A stretch of DNA of 63,064 nucleotides, counting the filler, from Rhabdomonas costata (taxonomy: Eukaryota), in NCBI GenBank assembly GCA_019059605.1. It is 47 parts of 47 records of this genome, joined end to end, with 100 filler letters (N's around TTAATTAATTAA, not from the genome) between each part and the next. Parts side by side here need not be neighbours in the genome. Positions count along the whole stretch, not along the records: positions 12,104 to 13,347 come from JAHMHO010022137.1; positions 13,448 to 14,689 come from JAHMHO010022138.1; positions 14,790 to 16,033 come from JAHMHO010022139.1; positions 16,134 to 17,376 come from JAHMHO010022140.1; positions 17,477 to 18,720 come from JAHMHO010022141.1; positions 18,821 to 20,064 come from JAHMHO010022142.1; positions 20,165 to 21,408 come from JAHMHO010022143.1; positions 21,509 to 22,751 come from JAHMHO010022144.1; 39 more parts are not named here. The stretch is one strand, 5' to 3'. The translations under genes were made by a program, and so were the position numbers. The notes under the pieces are model-generated. The model did no database searches and was not told the DNA's origin. It worked only from the letters and a program-made list of their open reading frames with translations. Positions 12,519 through 25,631 of the stretch are shown here, piece after piece (the first letter of the stretch is position 1; each line of letters begins with the position of its first letter).

Positions 12519-13175
12519 ATGCCCTGTGCTTTCTTCATTTCCGGTGGTGAGTCCTTCACCGCCCGATCTACCGCTCCCCATTCTTGCGCTTTGACTGCAC
12601 GGCCGCTTTTCCCCCATCCACCTTTTTAGCTACTGCGAGTCTCTGGGTGAATGCGATACCTCCATGTTTTTCTCTCTCGCCTTGGTATTTATTGTGTGTG
12701 TGGGCCCTGGCGCTGTGATCTTACCACCACCACCCCTCAGTCCTTTCTTGTCTTTCATTCTGCGCACACATAGTCGTGATCCGTTTGCGGGGCTTGCGGT
12801 TTTTCCATGAAACGATATGTCCAGTGGATTTCTCACCCTGGAGACTGTGTTTTCGAGCGTTGTTAAAGTTTTGGCCGACGTCGACTTCGCGATCAAAGGT
12901 GTTATGGAGGCTCCTCCTGGCAAACGCTTCATGTACCAATTGTGTGCTTCAACGTCGAATCCTTGAATCCCACTTTCTCTGGCATGTTTCTATTCGATCC
13001 CTTTGGCGAGAAACCGCTCGTCCCTCTTCGTTTCCGAGAAGTTGCACTCGCTTGCCCTGCCCATATGTAATGGGGCGGCTGAGAGAAGGAATTTAGAATG
13101 GTGCCAAGGATGCCTGCACGAGCAATGAGCGAGGACGCGCCTTTTCAAGGAACACCTGGGCCCGCCGGAGACGGC

Positions 13176-13343
13176 GGTGTTTTCCGTTAAAAAATTGTGT
13201 AGGCAAGCATATTTGGATACTCTCTTATTGTTGTGGGAGTGGGTGTGGGTGTGGATGGCTGCATCCACACCCACACCCACTCCCACAACAATAAGAGAGT
13301 ATCCAAATATGCTTGCCTACACAATTTTTTAACGGAAAACACC
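13176..13343. repeat. Perfect hairpin with 82-bp arms and a 4-nt loop at contig end (fold-back artefact likely)
   Basis: 13176-13257 is the reverse complement of 13262-13343. Confidence 0.9.
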
Positions 13344-16300
13344 ACCCNNNNNNNNNNNNNNNNNNNNNNNNNNNNNNNNNNNNNNNNNNNNTTAATTAAT
13401 TAANNNNNNNNNNNNNNNNNNNNNNNNNNNNNNNNNNNNNNNNNNNNCTGACGTTTCAGGGGACCGCCGACCGAGTGGTTGGCAGTTTCCTTTTCAATTC
13501 TTTGCGGGAGCGTGAAATGTGAACGTCACTTTTTGATGTAGGGACTTTTTTGTTCTTCTTGAGCATCGAGAGGAGCCACTCTTCTGCGGCAAATTGAGAA
13601 CAAGCATTTCCGTTGGGAAAAGTGTCTTGAGCAAAGGTGGGGAGCAAGGCGGACGGAGGGAATCTTGCCTCGCGGAGACTTCAAATCAGAACGTGACCTA
13701 TATCCAGAGCGTCTGGGAGGCGGCCGGGCAGGTGTGCCCTGAATGTGTGCCTCTCTGGCTCTGGCGGGCAGAGGCTGGCCAATGACTCTGAGGTTGGGTT
13801 ATCATACATACCACTGGAACTGGAACTGGAACCCCCTCCCAGTTCTCCCAATGGGATCGGGGGCCGATACAAGAGACTGTTGCTTGATGAGTCGTCTTTG
13901 CCAACATTGCTCTGGGACCCTCCGTGCGAGCACCTAGGCGCGTGTCTCACGTCGGGGATGCTTTTGTTTTCATCGACGCTGCCGTCCACGTGTGAGTCTG
14001 TGCGTGTTTTCCGTCCTTTCATCGCCCAACCATACACAGAAGCGAGAAAAAAACAAAAGAATTCGTCCAAAGGTCCTGCTAAACGGGAGGGAGGGGGTCT
14101 GCAACCCTTCTGCCGAAACCCGTTTAGTTGGCTAAACCAGACGCTGGGGACAAGCGAAACTTAACGGGGCACTGGCTGGTTTACCTAAACTCACCACTTC
14201 TAATATGAACAGATCAGAGTTTCAGGCTGGTCCACCCGGCACCGGCTCGTCCAAACATAAAGTTGCTCGGAAAATCTTAAGGTTTGGTTTTCACCTGGTT
14301 TCCGCTGGGCTTTCAGACAAGCCCGGTGGGAGGGGGCGTGGGGTTTAGTGTCGCCATTCTTCGTATGAACTTCACATCCCCGATATGCGCGTGCTGCTGC
14401 GGGGTGTCTGCGACTGTGACTGGGCCCGCATGGTGCAGCCTGTGTTTATAGCGCCAGCGATTCTGATTTCGTTTCCTGTATTTGTTTTTTCAACTTCCTT
14501 TTTTCACAACGTGGGTTCACCCCACCACCAAAGACTTCGTGCCCGCCGCGTCTGCGTCTGATGTCTCGCCCCGACCTTTTTCATGACCTCCCGTACTTCA
14601 CTGCACCCCATGCGGAGTTCCCTCCCAGCCCACCTCCCTCACACCGGCCTTCTGTGCGGCTGCTCACCGCCGCACAGACCACACACCACNNNNNNNNNNN
14701 NNNNNNNNNNNNNNNNNNNNNNNNNNNNNNNNNTTAATTAATTAANNNNNNNNNNNNNNNNNNNNNNNNNNNNNNNNNNNNNNNNNNNNCAAAGCGGCGT
14801 CGGCTTGTGGTTGGAATGCTGCCGTCGAAAAGTTGAAAGTTGAAAGTTGAAAGTTCAATGCATTCAGAAGTGTGTTCTGAAGGCAAGCAATACAAAGTGC
14901 ATCACAGCAACAAAAAACGCGAACGTCCAATCTGATCTCTGCCTCCTTACCTGACAGTGGGTTCATCGGGGCTGGGGAAAAACCCAAAGCTGCAGCCCCA
15001 GCGGGGGTACCCAAGCAAGAACTATGGAAGAGAAAAAACAGCGAGCAGAGCACAAAACGCACATAAAATGAGGGTTTTTTGCGGGCAACGGAAGTTCGGT
15101 TTCCGCACATGACTGCGCGAGCTAATGCGCGGAAAAAGAGAGAAGCACGCAATTTCTTAACGTCCCCCGCGCAAACCAGATGCCAAACCACTGCAGAGCA
15201 AAGCATCAGTGAAGTGTGGGTACCTGGGCTCGTTACAACGCACTTCGGAGCTCGAGCCTGGGGTAGACATGGTCTGAGATGGAAAAAGCACTCTGAAATC
15301 CTGCAGTTTCGTCATTTTCGCCCTTCAACCCGGTTTTTCAGCCTTGAGTGGAGCTAATCACGCTGCCAATAGTATTCAAGGTTCCATAAATTGGAACCTC
15401 CAAACTAGAAACGGGCAAGGGAAAAGCCGCAGCAGGCCCGGGGTCTTTTCTATATGTACAGTGGGCCTCACGAAACGCTGCGTGGCCGGTCCTTGCACCC
15501 TCTAGCCCTCTACCCATGCGTGCCCCTTGGCGGCTCTTCATTTTTTTTGTGCCGCTTCTTTCCTCAGCGCACCGGAGGGTCGACAGCACCCACACCATAC
15601 AACCTCCAAACCTCAAATAAACCACAATTGCGGGATCTAAGCCAACCTCCGGTAGGGAACAAACCTGCGTCCCGAAATGCGGTGCAACTCTTTGAGGCTG
15701 AAGCACAGGCAGAAGCTGCAGTAAGGGCTGAAGCTGCTGAAGCTGCTGAACAGTCCATGCCAACACGCCTTGAAGGCTCTGCACTTGCTGGTGAAAAACA
15801 TGAGAAAGAATTATCCTTTGGAAAATGTTGGCGCGGCAAAGAAAGAGGAGAGAACATGGAGAGGATGACGCACAAACCTCCTCGAGTCTTAACACACGAA
15901 CGGCAACATCTCGCTGCGAATTTTCGGGTTGGCGCACCTTCTGTCATAAAGCAGACACAAGAGAGCAAAAAGTCCCAAACGAGCCACAAAAATCTCCAGG
16001 AAAGCCCCAAAGTACCTCAAGGGTGTTGCTAAGNNNNNNNNNNNNNNNNNNNNNNNNNNNNNNNNNNNNNNNNNNNNTTAATTAATTAANNNNNNNNNNN
16101 NNNNNNNNNNNNNNNNNNNNNNNNNNNNNNNNNGGGTGGTGGGAATGCATCGGCCTGTTGCTCCCCTTCGCTCTGACACCCCTACACTGTGACTCAGCTT
16201 GGCATCAGAACAGTGGCTAAGAAACTCGAGGTGGGTTGGCAACCGGTTTTTTTTGACACGGAGGTGGAGAGAGAGAGGTCAGAAAGTTAGCCGGGAATAT

Positions 16301-17017
16301 TAATACGATTTGCAAAAAAGATATCCTGCTGGAAGGCCTGGTTGAGGGTCCCGTCTCCGCCCCCCATCTTCAAAGAAAGCGCGCCAACGCTAATCAGAAT
16401 TGTTGTTCAGATGTTCAAAGGCGGCAGTTCCGGCGATTTAGAATTCTCAGTAGCTGCCATGTGATGTGGCGGATCGTTTGAGAGGAGAAAAGGGAAGTGA
16501 GCTGCCCTTCCTTTTTCTTCTTTGCAGAACGCCTCACTGTTGACAACGCGTCGATCTGCATTGCTCGGTGGGTGGCCCACCCGCCCAGTTTGCACACGTG
16601 TTTGCCCTGTTCCCCTGTTAGCCGAGAGGGAAAATTCTATTTTTTTTTGGGGGGGGTCCTCACGGAGTGGAAAGGGAGAATTTTTCTGCATGTTTGTTTG
16701 TGTTTCATCGCGCGGTGCGTCGTGTGAGTGCAGGTGTAGGGTGTATGATGTGTCGTCAGTACTCCTGGGTCCCTCCTGGTGTGTAGCGCTGAATGCTTTG
16801 CGGTGACTCCGAGCTTTATTTAACTTTATTACGGGGATGTAAATGCGAATACGAACCTTCATGCGAGACCACCAATTCAAAACCTTACCTAGGACACGCC
16901 CACCGTAACAGTTCCTCAGTACCTGTGCGAGCGCCCCCTCCCTCTGAAGCGGATGCGTTTTGAGCCTTGAATTTGGGATTGGGAAGGACGGAGGAGTGTA
17001 TGTGTGTGGGGGGGAAG

Positions 17018-17320
17018 GTACTTCGACGGGACCCGGGTGCGGTTTCTTCCGCGCACCGCGCTGGAGAACCTCTTGCTGTGCCGGTGGATCCGCCGTGGAA
17101 ACTGGGAGCCCGCAACATTTCGGGTCTTTAAGGAGTTCATCTCCCGCGGCACCACTTACGTGGGGTTTGGGGCCTGGGTGGGCCCCATGGTGCTATTCGC
17201 GGCCCACCTCAGCCACAACCCTTTGTTCGTGTTCGAGCCCGACTTCGGCGCGTTTTCTGCGTTGAAGGCGAACATCCATCTCAATCTCAACGTGGGCAGG
17301 AGGATCCATGCCTATCACAG
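17018..17320 (+). CDS. FkbM-family SAM-dependent methyltransferase exon
   Basis: WEPATFRVF…TTYVGFGAWVGPMVLFAA…FVFEPD…AFSALKANIHLN; exon boundaries are approximate. Confidence 0.8.
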
Positions 17321-18086
17321 GCGCGCGCCACGCACCATACCCAGTCACGCACTCATGCCGCTGCAGCGGCTGGATGNNNNNNNNNNNNNNNNNNNNNNNN
17401 NNNNNNNNNNNNNNNNNNNNTTAATTAATTAANNNNNNNNNNNNNNNNNNNNNNNNNNNNNNNNNNNNNNNNNNNNGTGTGGGTGTGTTTGGTGGGTGGG
17501 GGCATAGTAGAGCATCCAGAGCAGCGCAACCTCGCAAGAGGACATGCACTGGCAGGCACGACTCCTTCGCTCCTCTCGCTCCTCTAAGTTTCGGGAGTAT
17601 CCACCAATCTAAAAAGGGTTTAAATATCATTAGTTGATACGGACAGCACCGAGCCTTGTTCTAGGACGAGGAATTTGGGGCAAGAAAACTGAAAACGGAA
17701 GCTGTAAAAAAAGCAGCCAGCCGTCTTTTTGGGTGATAAGAATGAAGGGTAGAGACCAAAGGAGACTCGGGATATGGGTTCCCTTTGCAATTTACACACT
17801 AACCCCTTGCTACGTGTCGTCGCAAAAGGGTCCCCTCCTCTGCGTGAAAAGTATTAATTAAGTTCAGTCAAACACCGCAAAGCAGTTTGGATTCACGAAA
17901 TGGTCGCCTGTTCTGGAGCTTTTTGTTTATTGTGTGATCTGACATGCAGAACCCGGATCGCGCGGTCCACCGGGTGCGACCGAGACCGAACCAGTTGGAA
18001 TTTTCGCGGATCCCCCCGTCTCGGTCCTCTGATGGTACAATGAACCCAAAGGCTGCAACTGCCCGCAACTGCTTAATTAATTGCAC

Positions 18087-18183
18087 GTATTTGTGCGTGG
18101 AAGATGTAAACCTGGTGAACATTTGATCCAAAAGCTGCTCGTCAGGCAGTGAGAATGACCAAATGCGGTACTCGTCAATAAAC
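18087..18183 (-). CDS. Short exon, LamG/concanavalin-like domain C-terminal motif
   Basis: FIDEYRIWSFSLPDEQLLDQM resembles IDEVRIWxxAL; flanked by CAG and GT. Confidence 0.5.
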
Positions 18184-19508
18184 CTGAAGCACAAGAAATG
18201 AGCCAGAGAATCCAGCTGAACACTTCGATCCCCAAAACACACAAAGCAAAAATTTTTCGCCGAGTGGTGACCACTCGGGGTGACCACAGGAACAATTTGT
18301 TTACATGGGAAACGTCATCAGGACGTCACGGCGACACTCAGCACTTTTTGTTGGCGACTGTTTCCGGTTTTTCTGTAAATCATTGCCTTTCCTTTCTTAT
18401 AAACTGTGAACAATGCTGATAGAAATCATCTTTCGCATGACACCACTGTGCCTCTGTCCTTACTTTTCGCTGAGTCCCATTTTGTTCGAAAATGTGCCCA
18501 CATTTACCTGCTGTTTCTGTTTAATTTAGCCGGTGTGTCACTGCTCATCTTCAATCACCGGCAAATGATCAGCTTTGGAGTCTGCCGAACCTTTGAATTC
18601 CCACCCCACCCCATAATAACACCAGAGAGCTTGTGTCGAAATCAAAAGAGAAAAAGATTGAAGTACAAAAGCAGCAGCAAATGGGCATGCTAACCCCCCC
18701 CCACCACACACACCCACCACNNNNNNNNNNNNNNNNNNNNNNNNNNNNNNNNNNNNNNNNNNNNTTAATTAATTAANNNNNNNNNNNNNNNNNNNNNNNN
18801 NNNNNNNNNNNNNNNNNNNNTTGTGGAGGCTGCCGTGAGCTTTCTTCGTGAGTATCGATTATCCTTCGTTGTGGCCCCACCAGATCACAGGGGAAATACC
18901 AGAGGAGATTCCTGCACAAAATATGAAGGGGTGTGGTGCAATGTGACTTTGGATCACTTCTATCAGGGACATTTAATTTGGTTTTCGGTGGGACGTTTTA
19001 ATTTCGCTTTTTTCTTTTGCTGAATATCCCGTTGTGGAAGTGGAACAAATTCAGGAGAAGCTCACTGCTAGGGGGATGGTCGTTTCCAACCGAGAGCTTT
19101 TCTGTGGTGGTTGCTTTTTTCGTCAACCTCAAGCACGCACGCGAAGTGAAACAAAGAGCATGCCCCACAAAGAGAAAAATGCAAGCGGTCGAAAGAAACA
19201 ACCAATAGCCACGCCATATCAGCACGTGTGAAGCAAACATCAAGCTCTGCGGCCATAAGGACCATCAGGTACAGCAGTATTGAGTGAAACCAGTACAATA
19301 CAGGCTCAGTGATGGGTTACCAATCCTCAGCCGAGCAAAGAAGGATGATGGTAACAGCCCGACTGTGCTCACGAGGCTTGTTGCCCCCTGTCGTCCAGAA
19401 AGACTTCGAATTCGAAAGCCATTCGCTGGGGGCCCCCAGAGAAGGTGGTTCACCGAAAGATTTCCTACGCAAGACGTGCCTAGACAACACATTTATTGCG
19501 ATAGGCAC

Positions 19509-19754
19509 TCATCTTTCTTGGCTTATCCTCAGAAGGATGACGCTGTCCTCCCCAGGCACGGCGCCACTGTCGTCTTGTCCCGGAAAGGGAGCTGCACCCA
19601 GCGGCTCCCCCCGAAGGCCCCACCGGGCCAGGCTCAGCGCCACCGCGGCGTCGTGGCCCCGGCGGTGGTACGCACACAGGAATGCACACCCTGGCACACA
19701 CGCTGTGGCCGAGCCCAATAGCAGCGATACCGTGCAAAGAAGATCATCGAAGTC
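19509..19754 (-). CDS. METTL23-like (Methyltransf_16) methyltransferase, last exon
   Basis: DFDDLLCTVSLLL…FLCAYHRRGHDAAVALSLARWGL resembles METTL23 DFEDILATIYFLM…TYQVRS…LLYKW; CCAG acceptor; ends in a stop. Confidence 0.6.
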   Translation of the reverse strand, partial: DFDDLLCTVSLLLGSATACVPGCAFLCAYHRRGHDAAVALSLARWGLRGEPLGAAPFPGQDDSGAVPGEDSVILLRISQER

Positions 19755-20298
19755 CTGGAAGCACCTCCCGGGGGAGGGGGACAGTCCCAGGCAGAGAAAA
19801 ACGTTCACTGTACGGTACTGTGCCTCACAGAGCTGCGCCTGACACTGAGGTGATCAACAGCGACACCCGCTGTGGCGCAACTTGAGTCGGGGCGATTCGT
19901 TCGAAATTTTACCATTTTTCTTAATAAATTTCGAGTTCATCGAATTTTCGCTCTCCACCATGCAAGTCACACCCCGCCGCCAATACCAATGTCGATGAAT
20001 AAACGGCGGAAAGGTTATCTTCAACGGTGGCCGCCGGTCAGACCACACCGCAATCCCACCAAAANNNNNNNNNNNNNNNNNNNNNNNNNNNNNNNNNNNN
20101 NNNNNNNNTTAATTAATTAANNNNNNNNNNNNNNNNNNNNNNNNNNNNNNNNNNNNNNNNNNNNCTGTCCCCAGTTTGCAGCGCGTGTCTCTCCTGTGGC
20201 CTTGTTTGCTGCAGTTGTCTGTATTTTTTGTGTCTGCTACTAAATTGTGCCGTGTTTGTTGTGTTCTTCATTGGCCTCTTGCTCGTTTTACTTCGCAG

Positions 20299-20629
20299 TG
20301 AAGGTGCGTTTGCAGGACATGCCGAAGCCCAAGCCTGGTGAGGCGCCACTGTACAAGGGAGCGTTGGATTGCGCCATGCAGACGATCAAAAAGGAAGGAT
20401 TCTTCGGTCTGTACAAGGGTGTCATTGGACCCTTCTGGAGCATGGGCCCCGTGTTCGCCCTCTACTTCCTCTCCTACGACACTGCTGGTATGTAGCATTG
20501 GTAAGACAATCTATCATCTTTCTACGCTTTAAATTCATCATTCAACAGCAACGTTCAGCAGCACGCAAGCCCACTCTGCTCGTTTCCTTTGCAGAGAATG
20601 CCATCAGGACACTGACCGGAAACACCGGA
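20299..20629 (+). CDS. Mitochondrial carrier (SLC25; carnitine/acylcarnitine-like); exons 20299-20487 and 20595-20629
   Basis: VKVRLQDMPKPKPGEAPLYKGALDCAMQTIKKEGFFGLYKG; GT-AG boundaries. Confidence 0.9.
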
Positions 20630-20936
20630 GTATGCTTTTGCCCTCCTTTTCAACCTTTTCCATTTCCTGCTGAGTCGCCGGACCGGACAGGAAGTCGCGC
20701 GAACCTGTGGCTGCTGTGGTAAGGAAGGGATCTTTCTAAGGTGGGATTGTTTTCGAGTTTCCACACACGTGAGCGCGCGCGAAAACAACAAAACAAAGGG
20801 GACTTTGTCAGCGAATCATACCACACTCTCTCTCTTGTCGGGCAAGGTTCGCCAGCTCTTCGCGAGCCATGGCCCTCAGAAAACAAGGGGCATTGGGACC
20901 CACAATTGGGACACACGCGGCACAACACCCTCACAC

Positions 20937-21251
20937 CTCCTCCTGCTCACGCTGATGCTGGTCCCACTGCTGTTTCTCATGCTCCCGCTTCATCTTGCGC
21001 TGCAGCAGCTTCTCTTTCTCCACCGCGAGCTTCGCCGTGCGCGCCGCGAACTCCTCTTCGAACTGCTGCTCCTTGGCCCGGGCCAGAAGCAGCTGTTGCT
21101 CGAAGTCCCCTCCGCTGGTGCCCCCGCCTCCACCGCTGCCCGCGAGCAGGCTGGGCTCCTCTGCATCCGGGGAGAGCATGCTGGGTGGAGGGGGGGAGGC
21201 CAGCCCCACAGGGGCAATCGGGCTGGCAGCTTCAGTCATCGAGGTCAAGTC
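20937..21251 (-). CDS. Exon of a coiled-coil protein, unknown
   Basis: GC-rich E/Q/K-rich frame (EQQFEEEFAARTAKLAVEKEKLLQRK); CAG acceptor and GAG|GTGTGA donor. Confidence 0.6.
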
Positions 21252-23839
21252 CTGTGCCCCCCCCATTCTTATTCCATTTCTCACCCCTTGGCACACCCCC
21301 TGCCTTAAATCACTATCTCGTTCTGATTTGGGTATTGATTTGGAAGGTAAGTAACACCCGGGAACTAAGAAAAATGACATGTGGTGGTTTTCTTAGTTCC
21401 CCACACAANNNNNNNNNNNNNNNNNNNNNNNNNNNNNNNNNNNNNNNNNNNNTTAATTAATTAANNNNNNNNNNNNNNNNNNNNNNNNNNNNNNNNNNNN
21501 NNNNNNNNGTGTGGGTGGGGGCTGAACGGCGCGAGTACTGGGACCTGCACCATTCAGTACGCCCCTCCCCCAGCCTCTGTTTCCGTTTGATGTTTCTATC
21601 GTGTAGCGCATTGCTGGTGCTTTTCTGGTAAGGGGTAGGGGTTGTTTAGAGATCGATTCCCTGGGCTTTCCCTTCGCTTCTAATTTGTCGCAGAGCTCGC
21701 ACGCTTTGAATTGTGCATTCGGACCACAACATGTGCCGAATTGAAGGTGGACTGGACCGGACTGACAGACCGGGAATATCCAAGAATTGTTGTGTTGTTA
21801 GCAATTTTCAGTTGCTACACCTTGGATGGGGCTTCCACAGCTGAGGCCAACCAGGGTGATTTTTCGTCAGTCTCTGCTCTTGAGCCCCTTGCAAAGACCT
21901 CGTTTTGTTTTTCACTGAAGCAGCACATGAGTGTCGTGATTCCTTTGCTTCCCGGTCTCTGCGACCACTATATCTACCATGCATGAAGGTCTCAGCACGT
22001 TTTCTCCAGGTCCGGGACGAAACTTTGCCTCCTCGAAAGTTGTAAGAACCGGAGCCAACGTGATAGAATGGCTGATTTGCCCGACCCCATTCCCCAGCTT
22101 CTCCACGCTTTGGACACCAGCAGAGGGTGGAACCGCCTTAGCTGGTTTTCGGCCCTCTCCGAGAACCTCCATCGCGCTCTGCATCAACGGCTGTGACGGC
22201 TTGTGTGCAGTGAGGAGTGCACACGAAGGTGCTGGGAATACACAGCCTTTGTGGCCGACGCGTGCTGTTCGAACAGGGTAGAAGTCTTCGCGCGAAGCAC
22301 TCATCACTCACCATTGGGAGAACCTGGTGTTTTGTCGTGGCCTCAGCGGTGGGTTGACAGCTTCGGGAACGAGCTCGGGGGGCTTGAACTCTGAGCCTGA
22401 AGCGACGCAGCCCTCAGCCTGCTGGTGGTGGCCGCGCGGTGATTTTTCGGTACCCGTCTGGGCAAGGCTTTGGTCGTCGAGAAGTGAACGTCCCAGTGAT
22501 TTTTGTGGGCCCAGGTGGCGCAAACCCAGTTGCCTGGGCCCTGTTTCTGTGGGTGAGGGACTTGGGGCGGATGTATAAGGATTGTGGGATTTTGTACTCC
22601 TCCCCCTTCTTTCACCCACTTTCAATTCCCTTTTCCCACTTCTCATTGCCATCCGTCATCCATCCTGAACCACTCAACCTTCATGCCTGGCGCGTGCCAG
22701 CCAGCACACGCATACGCACAAAGACAACACAAACAAAACACACACACCAAANNNNNNNNNNNNNNNNNNNNNNNNNNNNNNNNNNNNNNNNNNNNTTAAT
22801 TAATTAANNNNNNNNNNNNNNNNNNNNNNNNNNNNNNNNNNNNNNNNNNNNTTGTGGTTTTGGTGTTTTACCCTTTGGTTAAGTTTTCTGCGTAACTGCT
22901 CGGGCGTACCCCCGCTTGCTTTTCTTGGCTTAGGTGGGGAGAGCCACAGATATTCTTGTGGTTCAATTCCTTCCCCATGTCGAAAGGACGACCGCCACGA
23001 ACAAAGAAAGTCTGCTGAATAAAGCCCAGCCTATGTACAACATGAGATTTCGACGAAGGCTTCCGACTGTAGCCATTAATTGAGTGCTGAACATACCGGT
23101 TTGACCAGTGGTTTTGCGATTGATGCTACAAGAGTGTCAATGGTTCTGGGGAACCTTTTTGGTCACTCCTACCGGCGTCGGTTTTGCTGTTGGCAGAGAT
23201 GCCGCGTTGTGCTGATTATACTTTCATCTTCTAATTCACTAACGTCCACACAAACTGCAAACGCTGCCCTCATTCCAAACGCGTCTTTGCGTCATTTCCA
23301 ATGGAAGGTAGGAGTGTATTGTCAGCTCAAGTGGACAGTTTTCCCAACTACCATATTGGTGCAGAAGTGACTTATTTAAAAAAATGTGTGAGCAAGGGGA
23401 GTTCGCGAGCCGGGGGTGTACAGGGCGCTGTTTCATGAAATCCGTGCGGGGCCACGCACACCGCCAGCTGCAAGGCGGTAGAACATGCTGGGCCAAGATA
23501 TTCCGGTCAACTCCGCGAAAGGCTGCCAATCCATCCACGCAAATCTCTCCATCTCTCTGTGTGTGTATGTGTGTTCCAGGTATTCTGTGATCCTGGTCCA
23601 GCCGTTGTCGATCAGAGTCTGGATCACTCTTATAAATAAAGCTGTGTCAGCGGGTTCCCAGATTTGTTTGCAAGTGCCCCGTGAAGCAGCGGGAGAGTCG
23701 AGCACTTGAATAGCAACTTGGCGTGACGCTTGCTCCATCGCAGTCATTCGCATCACCTTGCCCTACCTTTGTTTCGTCAATTCTGGTTACCCCTTTATCC
23801 CCTTGCTCTGTCGGGCGTTCATCTGCTGAGACCCGCCCG

Positions 23840-24070
23840 ATGCTTTTTGACGACGAAGAGGAGCCATGCCCCATCTTTGCTGGCTTCACCTTCGCCCTCC
23901 TGGGCCGGGTCGAGCAAGCCCGTGTGGTCAAGATGTGCGAGATGCACGGGGGGAAAGTCCAGAGGGCGGTGACCAAACAGACCACCCATGTCCTTGCCTC
24001 TGATCCCAGGGCCCTGGACAGCAAGAAGGCCGCCAATGCTCTCTCCAAAAACCTTCCCGTGCTGGACGTG
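23840..24070 (+). CDS. BRCT-domain protein, 5' part
   Basis: IFAGFTFALLG…MCEMHGGKVQRAVTKQTTHVLAS…SKKAANALSKNLPVLD is a canonical BRCT pattern. Confidence 0.85.
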
Positions 24071-24754
24071 GGTGGTCTGTTTGGTCACCCCCTCANNNNN
24101 NNNNNNNNNNNNNNNNNNNNNNNNNNNNNNNNNNNNNNNTTAATTAATTAANNNNNNNNNNNNNNNNNNNNNNNNNNNNNNNNNNNNNNNNNNNNGGGTG
24201 TTGGTACAGCCAAGACCAGACCCCTTACCAACAATTCGCACACTATGCACTCACAGCACCTCCCACGTCGACAGCACCTGTGTGTATGTGCATTGAGTGC
24301 ATAGTGTGCGAATTGTTGGTAAGGGGTCTGGTCTTGGCTGTATCTTCACTCCTTCAAACTGCGTGCGAGTGCGCACGTGGAGTCTGATGGCTCGTTAAAA
24401 GCACACATTCCTTGACTGTCAGGATACCACCTTTGTCATGGGTGCGGGCTCAACATATCTATAACATTCCCGGGCCTGTAAGTGTGGCTTTGAGCTGTGA
24501 GTGTGTGTGGTACACTATTGAAGGTCCACAATTTCCCAGGGATGCAGATGAGGTGAAAAAAGGTATTCAACTTCGGGAAGGAATCAACCTCGGGGTGATA
24601 TCAAAACACGGTGGCCACGGGGTGAAAGGTGTGGCAAAGAAAACGGCATGAACAAACTAAGCCACTGATATACAATATTTCATTTATTGTATGATAGGCT
24701 TGGTTTGACATGCGCCACCTCTGGTGCTTTCGGAGGAACCCGGTGGAAACGCAC

Positions 24755-25439
24755 GCAGTACCTTTGCACGGGTGTACGCGGAGACATCCAACACTCGCTC
24801 CAGCAGCATGCCCAGCAACATGCTCCGCGCAGAGTCGATAGTGGGCCCCGTGGTGTGGTGGAGGACGTTCTGAATCACCTGCCCGATGGTGTGCACCTGC
24901 CCAAATCAAACCGATGCAACCAAACACCAAAACGCACGATCAGCTTTCCCGTTCTTAGAAACATGGAATCAAAGCAGCTTGTTCCGGAAGGGTCCGAAAG
25001 AATGTTGCAACCTAAAACGCCCTTCCCCCTCCTTCATTCGCGAAGGCTTTAAGACCTTATTCTTATGTCGAATACCTCATTTTACGCATCGAGGTTCATT
25101 CCCTTGTTCCCATTGACCATGCTTAGCTCTAGGCGTGTTTTTGGGAAGCTCACAGCTGTTTCTGTTGGAGACCCTCATTTTTTCAGCTCTCAAAACCTAG
25201 AATTTCTGGGTAGACGTGTTCAGAACCTCTCTCATTGACCGCCCGAAAAAAAAGGTGCACACGGACACACACACACACACATACAGACCCATGGCTATTT
25301 CATACCACAGCCTGCCTGACTTTGTACGCCTGGCAGTCAATGTTGGGGTTCACCACACCCAGGTTGGCCCACATAAGGTGCGGGAAGCGGTCGGACAGCT
25401 CTGTCAGTAGGGCAGCCAGATTGGATGCCGAGGTGCTGT
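24755..25439 (-). CDS. NCAPD2: Condensin I subunit CAP-D2/Cnd1; exons 25306-25439 and 24755-24896
   Basis: NLAALLTELSDRFPHLMWANL…IDCQAYKVRQAV spliced to …LLGMLLERVLDVSAYTRAKVL; in-frame GT-AG intron 24897-25305. Confidence 0.8.
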
Positions 25440-25631
25440 NNNNNNNNNNNNNNNNNNNNNNNNNNNNNNNNNNNNNNNNNNNNTTAATTAATTAANNNNN
25501 NNNNNNNNNNNNNNNNNNNNNNNNNNNNNNNNNNNNNNNTGTTTTTTGTGACTTTATCTCTCCCAAAATCCCATTTTTTATCGCTCCCGTGCTTTAGCGA
25601 GGTGACTTTCTTCGAATCACGTTGGTAGGAA

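Noticed and set aside
15454..16032. 192-aa plus-strand Ala/Glu-rich ORF
   Set aside because: Splice-like signals suggest short exons on the minus strand instead; neither reading gives a recognisable protein.
21912..22652. Two in-frame ORFs separated by one TGA, suggesting readthrough or recoding
   Set aside because: The TGA lies within a consensus donor (TG|GTGAGT), so it is better explained as an exon/intron boundary; conserved Trp elsewhere uses TGG.
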